Below, one piece after another: positions 29,927-40,156 of a DNA stretch of 64,000 nt. Position numbers and translations under genes: made by a program. Position 1 is the stretch's first letter, and the number at the start of each line of letters is the position of its first letter. The stretch is from Aureliella sp. (GTDB lineage: Bacteria > Planctomycetota > Planctomycetia > Pirellulales > Pirellulaceae): contig OY829846.1 in assembly GCA_963691875.1 (NCBI GenBank), forward strand, positions 4,480,001-4,544,000, read 5' to 3'. The notes under the pieces are model-generated. The model made no database searches. It was not told where the DNA came from and was given only the letters and a program-made list of their open reading frames with translations.

Positions 29927-30958
29927 CTAGCTGCTTGCAGAGGTATTCGCCATCCCCCGCTCAGAGGGCGGGATGCGCTTTTGATGACTCGAGGATAAGG
30001 ATGGTTTACTCAGTTCGTTAATTGCGATCGGCAGCGGCCGATACAGGTACTCCCAGAAGCTTTTCGTTGCGAACAGCAACGACGCGCCTAGAACAATCAT
30101 CATTAGTCCTAGAAAATCGTGGATCGTGTGCGCGATCGCATCTGAAAACCAGTAGTAGGCAAGGCCCGTGCCAGCGACGCGGAAAATGTTGACAACAATT
30201 GCCAACGGAAATGCGGCCAGCATGACAACGACCCGATCAATCCACAAACGGTTGCTCAGAGCAGCGAAAAAGAAGCCCAAAGCCCCCATCCCCATAAAGA
30301 TGCGAAGGCCAGAGCATGCCTCTTCTACCATCAGCTGACGGTCGTTGATCCAGATCGTGTTACCTTCTGGAATTGCGGCGATGCCAAAAATCCTCAAAAG
30401 ACCTGAACTGGCAGCTGTCGCAACACCTTGAAGCTTGAAGCTCAAAAGAGACTCAAAGCGGTAGGGCATTGGGACTAAAAGAAGCAGGAACAGAATCGCT
30501 GGGGAGGCCCATATAAGCGCACTAGTACCGGTGAAGATCCAAACAAGGCCAGCGACCCAAGGCACGAGACTCCAGCCATCCAAAAAATCCATGTAGGCGA
30601 ATCGCCCCACAATCCGCATGGCAAGAGCTGCAGCCATCAGCCCAAAGCCTGCGTAGTGGATCTTGCTCCCAAACTGGGGCAGTTTGTCTGAGCGGAAATA
30701 AAGTAGAACCAGAGCAAGCGGGAAAACAAGATAACCGTGTGAGTAATCAGGTTCCGTTCGCCACTGCTCCTCCATCCAAATGAATGTCGGCCAGTATGCC
30801 CAGATAGTCGTTACAAACAGAACACTAGCGAGGATAGCTAACTGTCGCGGTGAGGCAATCGGCTCAGCGGCGACAGTAGGAGTAGCAGCTAAAATTCCGT
30901 CGCTGCGAGTCGCGGCCTTGGTCAGACGAGCTAGCTTCTTTTTCTTCTTCTTACTCAC
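29927..30958 (-). CDS. Exosortase
   Basis: PDYSHGYLV, catalytic Cys in VEEACSGLR, Arg in VNIFRV, His in HTIHDFLG; multiple membrane segments. Confidence 0.92.
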   Translation of the reverse strand: MSKKKKKKLARLTKAATRSDGILAATPTVAAEPIASPRQLAILASVLFVTTIWAYWPTFIWMEEQWRTEPDYSHGYLVFPLALVLLYFRSDKLPQFGSKIHYAGFGLMAAALAMRIVGRFAYMDFLDGWSLVPWVAGLVWIFTGTSALIWASPAILFLLLLVPMPYRFESLLSFKLQGVATAASSGLLRIFGIAAIPEGNTIWINDRQLMVEEACSGLRIFMGMGALGFFFAALSNRLWIDRVVVMLAAFPLAIVVNIFRVAGTGLAYYWFSDAIAHTIHDFLGLMMIVLGASLLFATKSFWEYLYRPLPIAINELSKPSLSSSHQKRIPPSERGMANTSASS

Positions 30959-31390
30959 GAATACTTACCGTTGTGTAGCTCGTTAGAGGGGTTTTGCGGG
31001 GGCACTTCGTTCTTGTGGGTGGGTACCCAGTGGTTCGAATGCTGGAATTCGATTCTATTTTGAAACGATAGTGGGTCAATACTTTGCGTTCCCACATGCC
31101 AAACCTCGTGAGTAAAGGCGCTTTTCGGTATCGTGTTGACCGAAGAAAATCCCGAGAATCGGGAAGTTTTCTAGCTCCCGTTCATCTGGGCGAGCCTTTA
31201 TATCCTTTTCGGTGGTTTTCATTCCCGACTTGTTCGTGATTACTGCGCGTAACTTCACTCTGCAAGAATGCGGTGGTATGAACAATATCGTAGTTACCCC
31301 ATGTGGGAGGCATTCGATTCGTTGCTCAAGTTTGTTCTGAAACTTTGCGAAAGGATCTCCAACGTGCAGAATCAATATAATTCGATCTCT

Positions 31391-32401
31391 CTAAACGAGC
31401 GTCTTTGTCTGTCGATTGTCCTTTTGTACTTTTGGGTTTTTGCCCAAAAAGGAAGAGCACACGACATTTTGCTGGAAGGAAGTCGAGTCGCAAGTGTCAG
31501 CCAAGTAGCGTTTACGGAAAGTCAAAATTGGAACGCTAAAGCTAACTGCTTCTTCGCGGATGTGGCGAGCAATCGCATTGTTTGGCGTGATACCGCCAGC
31601 AAAATGCGGAGTCATAGAACTCCTTCAGGGCGTGCCAATGGGTTGGTTTTTGATTTGGAGGGAAGGCTCCCCGCTTGTGAGGGAGCTAAAGAGGGCGGCA
31701 ATCGCCGAGTGACACGAACGGAACTCGACGGCTCCACTAGCGTCCTGGTTGATCTCTTCGAAGATAAGCGATTCAACTCGCCGAACGATATCACGGTGGA
31801 TTCCCAGGGTGTTATCTTTCTCACCGGTCCTCGGTCTGGCGATCGCAGTGACATGGAGCTGTTTAACGAGAGCGGAAATGCGATCGAAAGCGCCTATTGC
31901 ATTGCGCTATATATATATAGAAGTGACTCGAATTTTGACCCATGAGGTCGAGCGTCCCAACGGCTTGGCGATTTCTCCGGACTACAAATTCCTTTTCATC
32001 TCTGACAATGCGAACCATGCGGCTGCTCGCAAGCTTTGCCGCTTCCAGCTAGACAAGAATCGACAAGTAATCGCGAACACTCGGAAGTTGCTTTTTGACT
32101 AGGGGACTCCCGAGGCCCAGATGGAATGGCAATTGGTCAAGCGGGTAGGCTCTACGTCACAGCTGGTCTAGATTACGTAGCTGAACCTAAGCAAGTCGCA
32201 ACCAAGTCGAAAGCAGCCGTATATGCGATTGCTCCCGACAGCGGCGAATTGCTGGAAACAACTTCTGTCCCCATGGAAATGATGACGAGTTGTGCCTTCG
32301 GGGGACAAGACTTGAAGACGCTATACATAACTGCTGGCCACAAGCTATGGAGTATTTCTGTTCGAACTCCAGGTTATGTAGCATGGCTCAACAAGAAGTA
32401 A
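31391..32401 (+). pseudogene. SMP-30/gluconolactonase family pseudogene
   Basis: ANGL, FNSPNDITVD, ERPNGLAISPD, GPDGMAI, TSCAFGG..TLYITA lie in three frames. Frameshift at (TA)6 31908-31919, TAG at 32100-32102 and a further shift just after it. 5' end approximate. Confidence 0.85.
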
Positions 32402-32414
32402 GGACTACTGCGAG

Positions 32415-32675
32415 ATGCGGAAATTTTTCGGTACCATAATGCTACTGATGCTTTTATTTGTCATTGTTGGGCTCGCTCGCGGTTGGATCAGCTTTTCTAC
32501 CGGGTCAGCGGATCAGAAGACGAGTTTTGAGGTCACGATCGACAAGGAGAATTTGAAAGAAGACGCGAAAAAGCTGAAGAATAAGGTGAAGGAGTTTTCC
32601 TCCCAGGTTTCCAGTGAGTCCAGCGAAACCTCTGATGATTCGCAGGGTTCGGTTTTACCTCTCGAAGGCCAATAG
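32415..32675 (+). CDS. Small hypothetical protein with N-terminal membrane anchor
   Basis: Hydrophobic N-terminus ending RGW, then charged IDKENLKED region; AGGA upstream; directly before pilT. Confidence 0.65.
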   Translation: MRKFFGTIMLLMLLFVIVGLARGWISFSTGSADQKTSFEVTIDKENLKEDAKKLKNKVKEFSSQVSSESSETSDDSQGSVLPLEGQ

Positions 32676-32695
32676 CAAACTTTGTGTAGGAACCT

Positions 32696-33760
32696 ATGGT
32701 GGAAAACGCAATTCATTCTTGGCTCGAGCAGGCTGCGCGACTCGGTGCTTCGGATTTACATCTCGTTACCGGTTACTCACCGTATGTGCGACTACATGGC
32801 AAGTTGTCGGTGCTGGATGGTGCTAACTTAGAGCTGGAGTACCTTCGCGAACTGATGCGGGAATTGTGTGGACCGCCGCAGTGGAATCAGTTCTCGCTCG
32901 AGAAAAATCTCGACTTTGCGATGTCGCACGAGGCGGACGGCACGTGCCGTCGTTGCCGAGTAAATTTCTTTGTGAATCAGAATAACTACGGTGCCTGCTT
33001 TCGGTTGATTCCGGATTCGATTCCCACTTTCGAATGGACCGGTTTTCCGCATGAACTCGCTGAGAATCTGGCAAACCAGCAGAACGGATTGGTGCTGCTG
33101 ACCGGGATGACTGGCGCAGGCAAGACTACATCGCTCGCGATGATCGTGAACTTGCGAAATGAACAGGGCAATTGTCGTATCATTACGGTCGAAGATCCGA
33201 TTGAATACGTTTATCCGCGACGCAAAAATGCGATCGTTTCACAACGCGAGGTGGGCAATGATGTGAGCTCCTTCGCAGATGGGCTGCGCTACGGACTTCG
33301 GCAAGATCCCGATGTTGTTTTCGTGGGGGAAATTCGCGATCGTGAGACAGCGCAAATGGCGCTCAGCGCGGCCGAGACCGGGCACTTGGTGTTCTCCACG
33401 CTCCACACGCGCGACGCCAAAGGCGCGATTTCGCGCTTCGCCGATTTGTTCCCTCAGTCATCTCAGCCGGAAGTGCGGGCCCAATTGGCGATGAGTCTGC
33501 GTGCCGTGGTGAGTCAGCACTTGCTACCTTCGGCTTTCGAGGAGAAGCGTGAGTTGGCTCTGGAGGTTCTCTTCAACAACAACCCCATCGCCAGCGCTAT
33601 ACGAACGGGGAAACTCGAAACGATTGACACTGCGATCACGACTGGGCGAAACGAAGGCATGGTTTCCTTGGATGAGTCTATTCGCCGAATGCTTTCCGAG
33701 GGGCGAATCACCCGCGAGGTTGCGCTGCAGCATTGCATCGATCGTGGTTCGTTCTATTAA
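32696..33760 (+). CDS. pilT: PilT/PilU family retraction ATPase
   Basis: ASDLHL, Walker A GMTGAGKTT, ITVEDPIE, LRQDPDVVFVGEIRD, AETGHLVFSTLHT, AIRTGK. Confidence 0.92.
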   Translation: MVENAIHSWLEQAARLGASDLHLVTGYSPYVRLHGKLSVLDGANLELEYLRELMRELCGPPQWNQFSLEKNLDFAMSHEADGTCRRCRVNFFVNQNNYGACFRLIPDSIPTFEWTGFPHELAENLANQQNGLVLLTGMTGAGKTTSLAMIVNLRNEQGNCRIITVEDPIEYVYPRRKNAIVSQREVGNDVSSFADGLRYGLRQDPDVVFVGEIRDRETAQMALSAAETGHLVFSTLHTRDAKGAISRFADLFPQSSQPEVRAQLAMSLRAVVSQHLLPSAFEEKRELALEVLFNNNPIASAIRTGKLETIDTAITTGRNEGMVSLDESIRRMLSEGRITREVALQHCIDRGSFY

Positions 33761-33966
33761 ATGCCTTTTCTGGTGGGGCTCTTCAAAAGCGGGCAAAGCT
33801 AACCTCATCGCATGATGCTGATCGGGGTATTGAGCACATTGCGACCTTTTTGTTCTGCCGGCAAGGGACCGCTTTGCACCTGACGCATGCTCTACTTATG
33901 ATGGCTGATCCCATAGAAAGATTATCCGACTCAAATTCTACCAGTCATTCTCACGGAGCGTTTGCC

Positions 33967-35415
33967 ATGACTCAAAAACTGAATCGACGTAGTGTCCTAG
34001 GTGCCGCCGCTACAGCAAGTGCAGTTTGGACATTCCCGAGTACTCCTGCTCGAGCCATGGCGAACGATGAAGTGCGTGTGGGATTTATTTCTTGCGGCGG
34101 TCGAGCTGGCGGGCACATGGGCGTCTTTCGAAGTATAAACGGCGTCAAAGTAGCGGCGCTTTGTGATCCAGATGGAAAACGCGTCGCTGAAAAAGGAAAG
34201 ATTTTTCCGGACGCAAAGCAATTCGCCGACTGCCGAGAGTTGCTTGACGATCAAAACATTGATGCAGTCGTTGTAGCCACCACAAATCATTGGCACTGCT
34301 TGGCATCGATCTGGGCCATGGAAGCAGGTAAGGATGTCTATGTCGAAAAACCACTGTCGCATAGCCAGTGGGAAGGTGATCAAACGGTTGCAGCCGCAAA
34401 AAAATACAAACGCATTTGCCAAGTAGGGACTCAGCAACGTTCTGATCCGATGCAGGCCGAGATCAAGGCATTCTTGCACGAGGAAAAAGGTCTAGGTGAG
34501 ATTCTAGAGTGTCGCGTCAATCGCTTTGGGGTTCGCAAGCCGATCGGCAAGCGTTCGTCTCCCTTGGTAGTCGAAGACTCCGTCGCCTACGATATCTGGC
34601 TCGGGCCTGCACAAGACAAACCGATCTTCCGCGACAAACTTCAATACGACTGGCACTGGGACTTCAACACCGGTTCCGGAGAGATGGGCAACTGGGGCGT
34701 TCATGTGTTGGACGATGCTCGAAACAATATCTTCCTCGATAAAGTAGCTCTGCCGAAGCGAATCATGGGCGGAGGAGGACGTGTTGCTTGGAACGATGCC
34801 GGTGACACGCCAAACGTTCACTTTGTCTACTTCGACACCGGCAAGATTCCGACCATCATCGGTCTGACCAACATGACCGCTGCGCCGGGTGAGAAAAAGT
34901 CGCCTAAGCATCCTGGTCCAGGCAGTGGCTATATCGCTTACTGTGAGGGCGGTCGGTTCGAGGGTCAACGCGGGAGAGCAACTGCTTATGACAAAGACGG
35001 CAAAGTCATCAAGGCTTTCAAGGGCAACAGCGGCGGCCGTACGCATCAGCAAAACTTCATTGATTGCTGTCGAAGTCGTGATGCGAGCAAGCTGAACACA
35101 CCAGTTGAAATGGGCAACTTATCGACCGGTTGGTGCAACCTTGCAAATATCGCTTTCCAAGCTGGCGAGAAGTATTCCGCTGAGGTTGCGAAAGAACTTG
35201 CTGGCGAAGTGCCGGTTTGGGGCACGCTTCATGATGAAATGTTGGCACATATGGATGCACACGGGGTTGATCCCGAAGGCGGCCAAGTTCAGCTGAGCGA
35301 AATGCTTGAGTTCGATGTGGAGAAGAGTCAGTTTACAGGTGCAGGGAGCGACAAAGCGAATTCGTTCCTCAAACGAAAATATCGTGCTCCTTACTTGGTT
35401 CCAGAGATTTCGTAA
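33967..35415 (+). CDS. Tat-exported Gfo/Idh/MocA oxidoreductase
   Basis: LNRRSVLG Tat signal, NHWH, GKDVYVEKPL, QVGTQQRS, GEMGNWGVHVLD. Start set at MTQKLNRR. Confidence 0.9.
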   Translation: MTQKLNRRSVLGAAATASAVWTFPSTPARAMANDEVRVGFISCGGRAGGHMGVFRSINGVKVAALCDPDGKRVAEKGKIFPDAKQFADCRELLDDQNIDAVVVATTNHWHCLASIWAMEAGKDVYVEKPLSHSQWEGDQTVAAAKKYKRICQVGTQQRSDPMQAEIKAFLHEEKGLGEILECRVNRFGVRKPIGKRSSPLVVEDSVAYDIWLGPAQDKPIFRDKLQYDWHWDFNTGSGEMGNWGVHVLDDARNNIFLDKVALPKRIMGGGGRVAWNDAGDTPNVHFVYFDTGKIPTIIGLTNMTAAPGEKKSPKHPGPGSGYIAYCEGGRFEGQRGRATAYDKDGKVIKAFKGNSGGRTHQQNFIDCCRSRDASKLNTPVEMGNLSTGWCNLANIAFQAGEKYSAEVAKELAGEVPVWGTLHDEMLAHMDAHGVDPEGGQVQLSEMLEFDVEKSQFTGAGSDKANSFLKRKYRAPYLVPEIS

Positions 35416-35426
35416 CCCCTGGCAAA

Positions 35427-35544
35427 GTGAGCCGAACGCGCTAGCTTCGGGCGGAATTGGAAATGCCAGCCCGCGGCTAGCGTCGACAGCTCACAGATTG
35501 AGGATCTGATTTACCCTGTGAGCTTAGTCGCAGCCGCGCGGGCG
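35427..35544. repeat. REP-like imperfect palindromic element (two arms plus a degenerate third)
   Basis: GTGAGCCGAACGCGCTAGCTTCGGGC (35427) is inverted to GCCCGCGGCTAGCGTCGACAGCTCAC (ends 35494). A third GTGAGC...GCGGGC arm starts at 35518. Confidence 0.65.
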
Positions 35545-35604
35545 TCTGCGTCTGAGTCTATAATAGAGGCTCCTAAGCCTGTTTTCCCACTGCGTGCTCC
35601 TCCT

Positions 35605-38600
35605 ATGAATCGACGCACTCTGCTGTTTGCCCTGTTGGCATGCAGTCATCTCAGTCTCATTTCAGCTGCTCAGCAAGCTTCAGAATCAAAACCCATCGCA
35701 CCCGACCATATCGTAAAGATGAAGGCCGGCACCGAGCTCTTTCGAGATGTGATTCGCCCAGCACTAGTCGAAAACTGCTTGAAATGTCATGGTGGCGAGA
35801 AAGTGAGATCAGGCTTTGATCTGTCGACGCGCAAGTTGCTGCTTCAAGGCGGCGACTCGGGCGAAGTCGTTGACTTGAAAGTGCCCGACGATAGCTACCT
35901 GTTGAGTCTGATTCGTCACGATGACGAACCTGTGATGCCGCCAGCTCAGGACAAATTACCAGACAAACTGCTAGCCGATTTTGCAAAGTGGATTGAGCTG
36001 GGGGCTCCCTATGACAAGCCGCTTCTGGAGAAGATAGGAGATGGCCCCAAATCCATGCGAGTCACAGAGAGCGATCGTGACTTCTGGGCTTTTCGCCCGC
36101 TGACGGAGGTGGCTCCACCGATTGTCGAATCGAACTGGCCGAAGAATGAGATCGACCCATTCATCCTTGCGAAACTGCAAGACAAGGGCTTGAGTCCAAA
36201 TCCGCAAATCGATGATCGCACACGTATTCGTCGCCTTTACTTGGATGTGATTGGATTACCGCCAACACCGGAACAGATGCAACATGGACTGGAGATATCC
36301 CATGCTGCTCTTGTTGATGAGCTGCTTGATAGTCCGCATTATGGCGAACGCTGGGCCCGACATTGGTTGGATGCAGCAAGATTTGCCGAAAGCCATGGTT
36401 TTGAGCAAGACTATGATCGCAAGTTCGCGTATCACTATCGCGACTTTGTGATCAAAGCCTTGAACAATGACATGCCGTGGGATCAGTTTGTTCGATGGCA
36501 AATCGCAGGTGATGAACTTGCTCCCAACGAGCCCCTGGCGATGATGGCAACCGGTTTTTTGGGTGCGGGAGTCTTTCCGACGCAACTGACGGAGAAAGAG
36601 TTCGAGAGTGCTCGCTACGATGAACTGGACGACATGGCGGCAACAGTCGGGACGGCGATGCTGGGTTTGACCATTGGTTGCGCCCGATGCCATGATCACA
36701 AGTTCGATCCGATTCCCGTCAGAGACTATTATCGATTCGTCGCCAACTTCACGACCACGATTCGAAGCGAGGTTGACGTTGAGCTTGATGCGGTTGGATT
36801 TCAAAAGAAGCTGGCTGCTTGGCGTGATTCCCATGCCCTCAAAGAGAGCAAATTAGCTGCCTACCGAAACCGAAACGATATCGAAACTAGTTTTGAAAAT
36901 TGGCTGAAGACCGAGGCCGCCGCTTCCGTTTCTGCTCAACCGTGGAGCATGCTCGCCATTGCTTTCGCTACGTCTGATCAAGCTGCGACCACGCTTACCG
37001 AGCAAGAAGATGGAGCTATACTTGCGAGCGGCTCTGCACCAGCCAAAGAGATCTATACGATTCGCGGGAGTTCGTTGCTGCGTCAGATCCGCTTTTTGCG
37101 CATTGAAGCTCTTACACATACTTCGATGAAGAGGAACGGACCCGGTCGAGCGAGCAACGGTAACTTCGCTCTTAGTAATTTGGAAGTATTGGTCAAGCCC
37201 GACGCGTCTTCCGCTCATGAGAAGTCCACGTGGAAGCCCGTAAAACTGAATTCTGCTCGAGCCACGCATCAGCAAAACACAAAGCATCTTTCGGTTGAAG
37301 CCGCGATCGACCAGGATACTGCAAACACGGGCTGGGCTGTCGACTTCGGGGGAATAGGTAAGGACCAAGCGGCAGTGTTCGTTTTGGATACCCCACTTGA
37401 GATTTCGAATGAGTCTGAGTTGGAGGTCCGCATGACCTTTTATAACAACTCGCAGCACAGTCTTGGAAGATTTCGGGTCTCGCTGAGTGATCGTTCTGAT
37501 CCACCTGTAAGAGTCGGCGACAGCCAAGATCCTGGGATGAGTGCCGCTATCGCCGCTTTGGAATCGGGTGATTTACAGGATGAGCATCGTACAACTCTTT
37601 TCTCCGTTTATGCCGCAACCCAACCTGAGTATGTTGCATTGCACAAAGCCGTCGAGCAATCGCTTGCGGAGAAACCACAACCGAAGAAGACAAAAGTTCA
37701 GGTTTCATCCGAAGGGTTTCCGCCGACCAAGCATCACGCAGATGGCCGCGGCTTTCCTCATTTTTATCCTGAGACGCACTTTTTGAGCCGCGGTGATCCA
37801 AATCAGAAGTTGGGTGTTGCACCTTCCGGGTTCTTGCAAGTACTTACTAAATCTGGCAAGGCGGAAGAGTATTGGAAACAAGTCCCACCGGAGGGATGGA
37901 AGCGTACGAGCTTTCGCCGTGCGAATCTGGCTAACTGGCTTACGGATCCTGAGTATGGGGCAGGAGAATTACTCGCACGAGTCGCGGTCAATCGGATCTG
38001 GCATCATCACTTTGGACGCGGCATCGTTGCGACACCCAATGACTTCGGGCTGCAAGGCAAGCCACCAACGCATCCAGAGCTGTTGGATTTTCTATCTCAG
38101 TATCTGATCACTAGCGGTTGGAGTGTTAAGCAGATTCACCGAAAGATTTTGCTCAGTGCGACATGGCTGCAAAACACCACTGCCACCGCTGAAAAGTTAA
38201 AGATCGATCCGGAAAACCAATGGTTCTGGCGACTTACTCCTCGACGACTGGAAGCAGAAATTGTCCGTGACTCCATGCTGGCGCTATCTGGGCAGCTAGA
38301 TGAGAAGATGTTCGGTCCGGGAACATTGAAGCCAGATCAAAGCCGGCGGAGTATCTACTTCATGATCAAACGCAGTCGGCTTATGCCGATGATGCAAATA
38401 TTTGATCAGCCTGAACCACTTTCCAGCCAAGGGAGTCGGCCGAGCACGACGATCGCGCCTCAAGCTCTACTGTTCATGAACAATGGCCAAGTTGTTAGAT
38501 GGGCGGCGGGGTTTGCACAAAGTCTCGACAGGACGGATGCAGCGGTCGCTGTGCAAGAACTCTATCAACGAGCGCTTGGAAGAGCACCGAATGAGTCGGA

Positions 38601-38730
38601 ACTCCAGAGCAACGTAGAGTTCCTTCGTCAGCAAGCTGCTTCCTATGGAAACGATAGAGGTCAGGAGCTTGCGTTAGCCGATCTCTGTCAAGTCATCTTT
38701 GGTCTCAACGAGTTTATCTACTTGCCATGA
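35605..38730 (+). CDS. Planctomycete cytochrome c + DUF1549 + DUF1553 (PSD1) protein
   Basis: Signal peptide, CLKCH, FWAF, YGERWARHWLD, CARCHDHKFDP, PTHPELLD, RRLEAE, PQAL, NEFIY. Start set at MNRRTLL. Confidence 0.92.
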   Translation: MNRRTLLFALLACSHLSLISAAQQASESKPIAPDHIVKMKAGTELFRDVIRPALVENCLKCHGGEKVRSGFDLSTRKLLLQGGDSGEVVDLKVPDDSYLLSLIRHDDEPVMPPAQDKLPDKLLADFAKWIELGAPYDKPLLEKIGDGPKSMRVTESDRDFWAFRPLTEVAPPIVESNWPKNEIDPFILAKLQDKGLSPNPQIDDRTRIRRLYLDVIGLPPTPEQMQHGLEISHAALVDELLDSPHYGERWARHWLDAARFAESHGFEQDYDRKFAYHYRDFVIKALNNDMPWDQFVRWQIAGDELAPNEPLAMMATGFLGAGVFPTQLTEKEFESARYDELDDMAATVGTAMLGLTIGCARCHDHKFDPIPVRDYYRFVANFTTTIRSEVDVELDAVGFQKKLAAWRDSHALKESKLAAYRNRNDIETSFENWLKTEAAASVSAQPWSMLAIAFATSDQAATTLTEQEDGAILASGSAPAKEIYTIRGSSLLRQIRFLRIEALTHTSMKRNGPGRASNGNFALSNLEVLVKPDASSAHEKSTWKPVKLNSARATHQQNTKHLSVEAAIDQDTANTGWAVDFGGIGKDQAAVFVLDTPLEISNESELEVRMTFYNNSQHSLGRFRVSLSDRSDPPVRVGDSQDPGMSAAIAALESGDLQDEHRTTLFSVYAATQPEYVALHKAVEQSLAEKPQPKKTKVQVSSEGFPPTKHHADGRGFPHFYPETHFLSRGDPNQKLGVAPSGFLQVLTKSGKAEEYWKQVPPEGWKRTSFRRANLANWLTDPEYGAGELLARVAVNRIWHHHFGRGIVATPNDFGLQGKPPTHPELLDFLSQYLITSGWSVKQIHRKILLSATWLQNTTATAEKLKIDPENQWFWRLTPRRLEAEIVRDSMLALSGQLDEKMFGPGTLKPDQSRRSIYFMIKRSRLMPMMQIFDQPEPLSSQGSRPSTTIAPQALLFMNNGQVVRWAAGFAQSLDRTDAAVAVQELYQRALGRAPNESELQSNVEFLRQQAASYGNDRGQELALADLCQVIFGLNEFIYLP

Positions 38731-40154
38731 ATTCACTCACAAATCGCCGACAGTTGCTCAAAAATGCCGGGGCCGGATTCGGTAGCCTGGCTTTTGCATC
38801 TCTTCTGGCTCAGGAAGGAATGCTGCAGGCCGGAGAAGGGCTCGATCCACTTGCGCCGAAAAAGCCGCATTTCGGCGGAAAGGCAACGTCGGTGATCTGG
38901 CTCTTCATTAACGGCGGCCCCAGCCAGGTTGATACCTGGGATTACAAGCCAGAACTTGAGAAAATGGATGGCAAGGAACTCAAGGGCTTCGACAAGAACA
39001 CAGGTTTCTTCGCAGGTTCTGTAGGTCCCTTAATGAAATCGCCTTTTGAGTTTACGCCTCGGGGGGAATGCGGCAAGATGGTCTCGTCGCTATTTCCTAA
39101 GCTCGGTGAGCATGTCGACAAGATGGCTTTCATTCACTCCGGGTTCACCGAATCGAACAATCATAGCCCAGCACTGTTCATGATGAATTCAGGCCAACCG
39201 CGAATGGGTCTGCCGTGCCTAGGATCTTGGGTTACCTACGGATTGGGTAGTGAGAGTCGAGATCTGCCTGCTTTTGTGGTCATGTCTGATCCTCTTGACC
39301 GCGGCCTTCCCAAAGGGCACGCGGCGAATTGGGGGGCTGGTTTTCTGCCGAGCGTCTACCAGGGGACTTGGCTCAAGCCGAAAGGCGATCCGATAGAAAA
39401 CTTGAATCGTCCAACTCACATGAATTCTGAGCAGCAGCAACGACAATTGGCACTGTTGCAGGAACTTAATCAGCAGCATCAAAAGTCTGCCGGCGAGCTG
39501 GAGCTGGAAGCGCGAATCAAGAGCTTTGAGCTGGCCTACAGAATGCAAAATGCTGCGCCCGAAGCGTTTGCGTTGGACAGCGAGCCGCAGCATATTCGTG
39601 AGTTGTATGGCTTGGACGAAAAGCGATGTCAGCACTTTGGACGGCAGTGTTTGACCGCTCGACGCATGGTCGAACGCGGCGTCCGATTCGTACAGATTTA
39701 TTCCGGTGGCATGGAAAACCAGCGTAGCTGGGATGGCCACAACGACATCTATGGCAATCACAGCCAGTTTGCCGGAGAAACCGATATACCGATAGCCGGT
39801 TTGCTCACTGACTTGGATCAACGCGGCTTGCTCGAAGATACGTTGGTAATTTGGGGCGGTGAGTTCGGACGCTTGCCACTTTCGCAAAAGTCAAACAAAC
39901 CGGGGCGCGATCACAACCCGCATTGCTTTACCACATGGATGGCAGGCGGTGGCATTCGAGGTGGTGTGACTCATGGTGAATCGGACGAGATTGGCCATCA
40001 TGCTGCGGTCGACCGAGTGCATGTCAATGATTTGCACGCTACGATTCTGCATCAACTCGGTTTCGACCACGAGAAGTTGACTTATGCCTACAACGGCAGG
40101 CGATTCCGATTGACCGATGTCGGTGGTGAAGTGATCAGCTCTATCGTTGGCTGA
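38727..40154 (+). CDS. DUF1501 family protein (Tat signal)
   Basis: NRRQLL, GGPSQVDTWD, ARRMVERGVRFVQ, WDGH, GGEFGR, GRDHNP; ATGA overlap with the PSD1 gene. Confidence 0.92.
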   Translation: MNSLTNRRQLLKNAGAGFGSLAFASLLAQEGMLQAGEGLDPLAPKKPHFGGKATSVIWLFINGGPSQVDTWDYKPELEKMDGKELKGFDKNTGFFAGSVGPLMKSPFEFTPRGECGKMVSSLFPKLGEHVDKMAFIHSGFTESNNHSPALFMMNSGQPRMGLPCLGSWVTYGLGSESRDLPAFVVMSDPLDRGLPKGHAANWGAGFLPSVYQGTWLKPKGDPIENLNRPTHMNSEQQQRQLALLQELNQQHQKSAGELELEARIKSFELAYRMQNAAPEAFALDSEPQHIRELYGLDEKRCQHFGRQCLTARRMVERGVRFVQIYSGGMENQRSWDGHNDIYGNHSQFAGETDIPIAGLLTDLDQRGLLEDTLVIWGGEFGRLPLSQKSNKPGRDHNPHCFTTWMAGGGIRGGVTHGESDEIGHHAAVDRVHVNDLHATILHQLGFDHEKLTYAYNGRRFRLTDVGGEVISSIVG

Positions 40155-40156
40155 GC

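Noticed and set aside
31086..31101. Possible sigma54 promoter TGGCATGTGGGAACGC (minus) upstream of the exosortase
   Set aside because: GG-to-GC spacing is 11 rather than the required 10.
31908..31919. (TA)6 as an active phase-variation switch
   Set aside because: Additional downstream stop and frameshift mean repeat slippage alone could not restore the gene.
33733..33966. N-terminal extension of the Gfo/Idh/MocA ORF
   Set aside because: The Tat signal begins at 33967 and the extension overlaps pilT.
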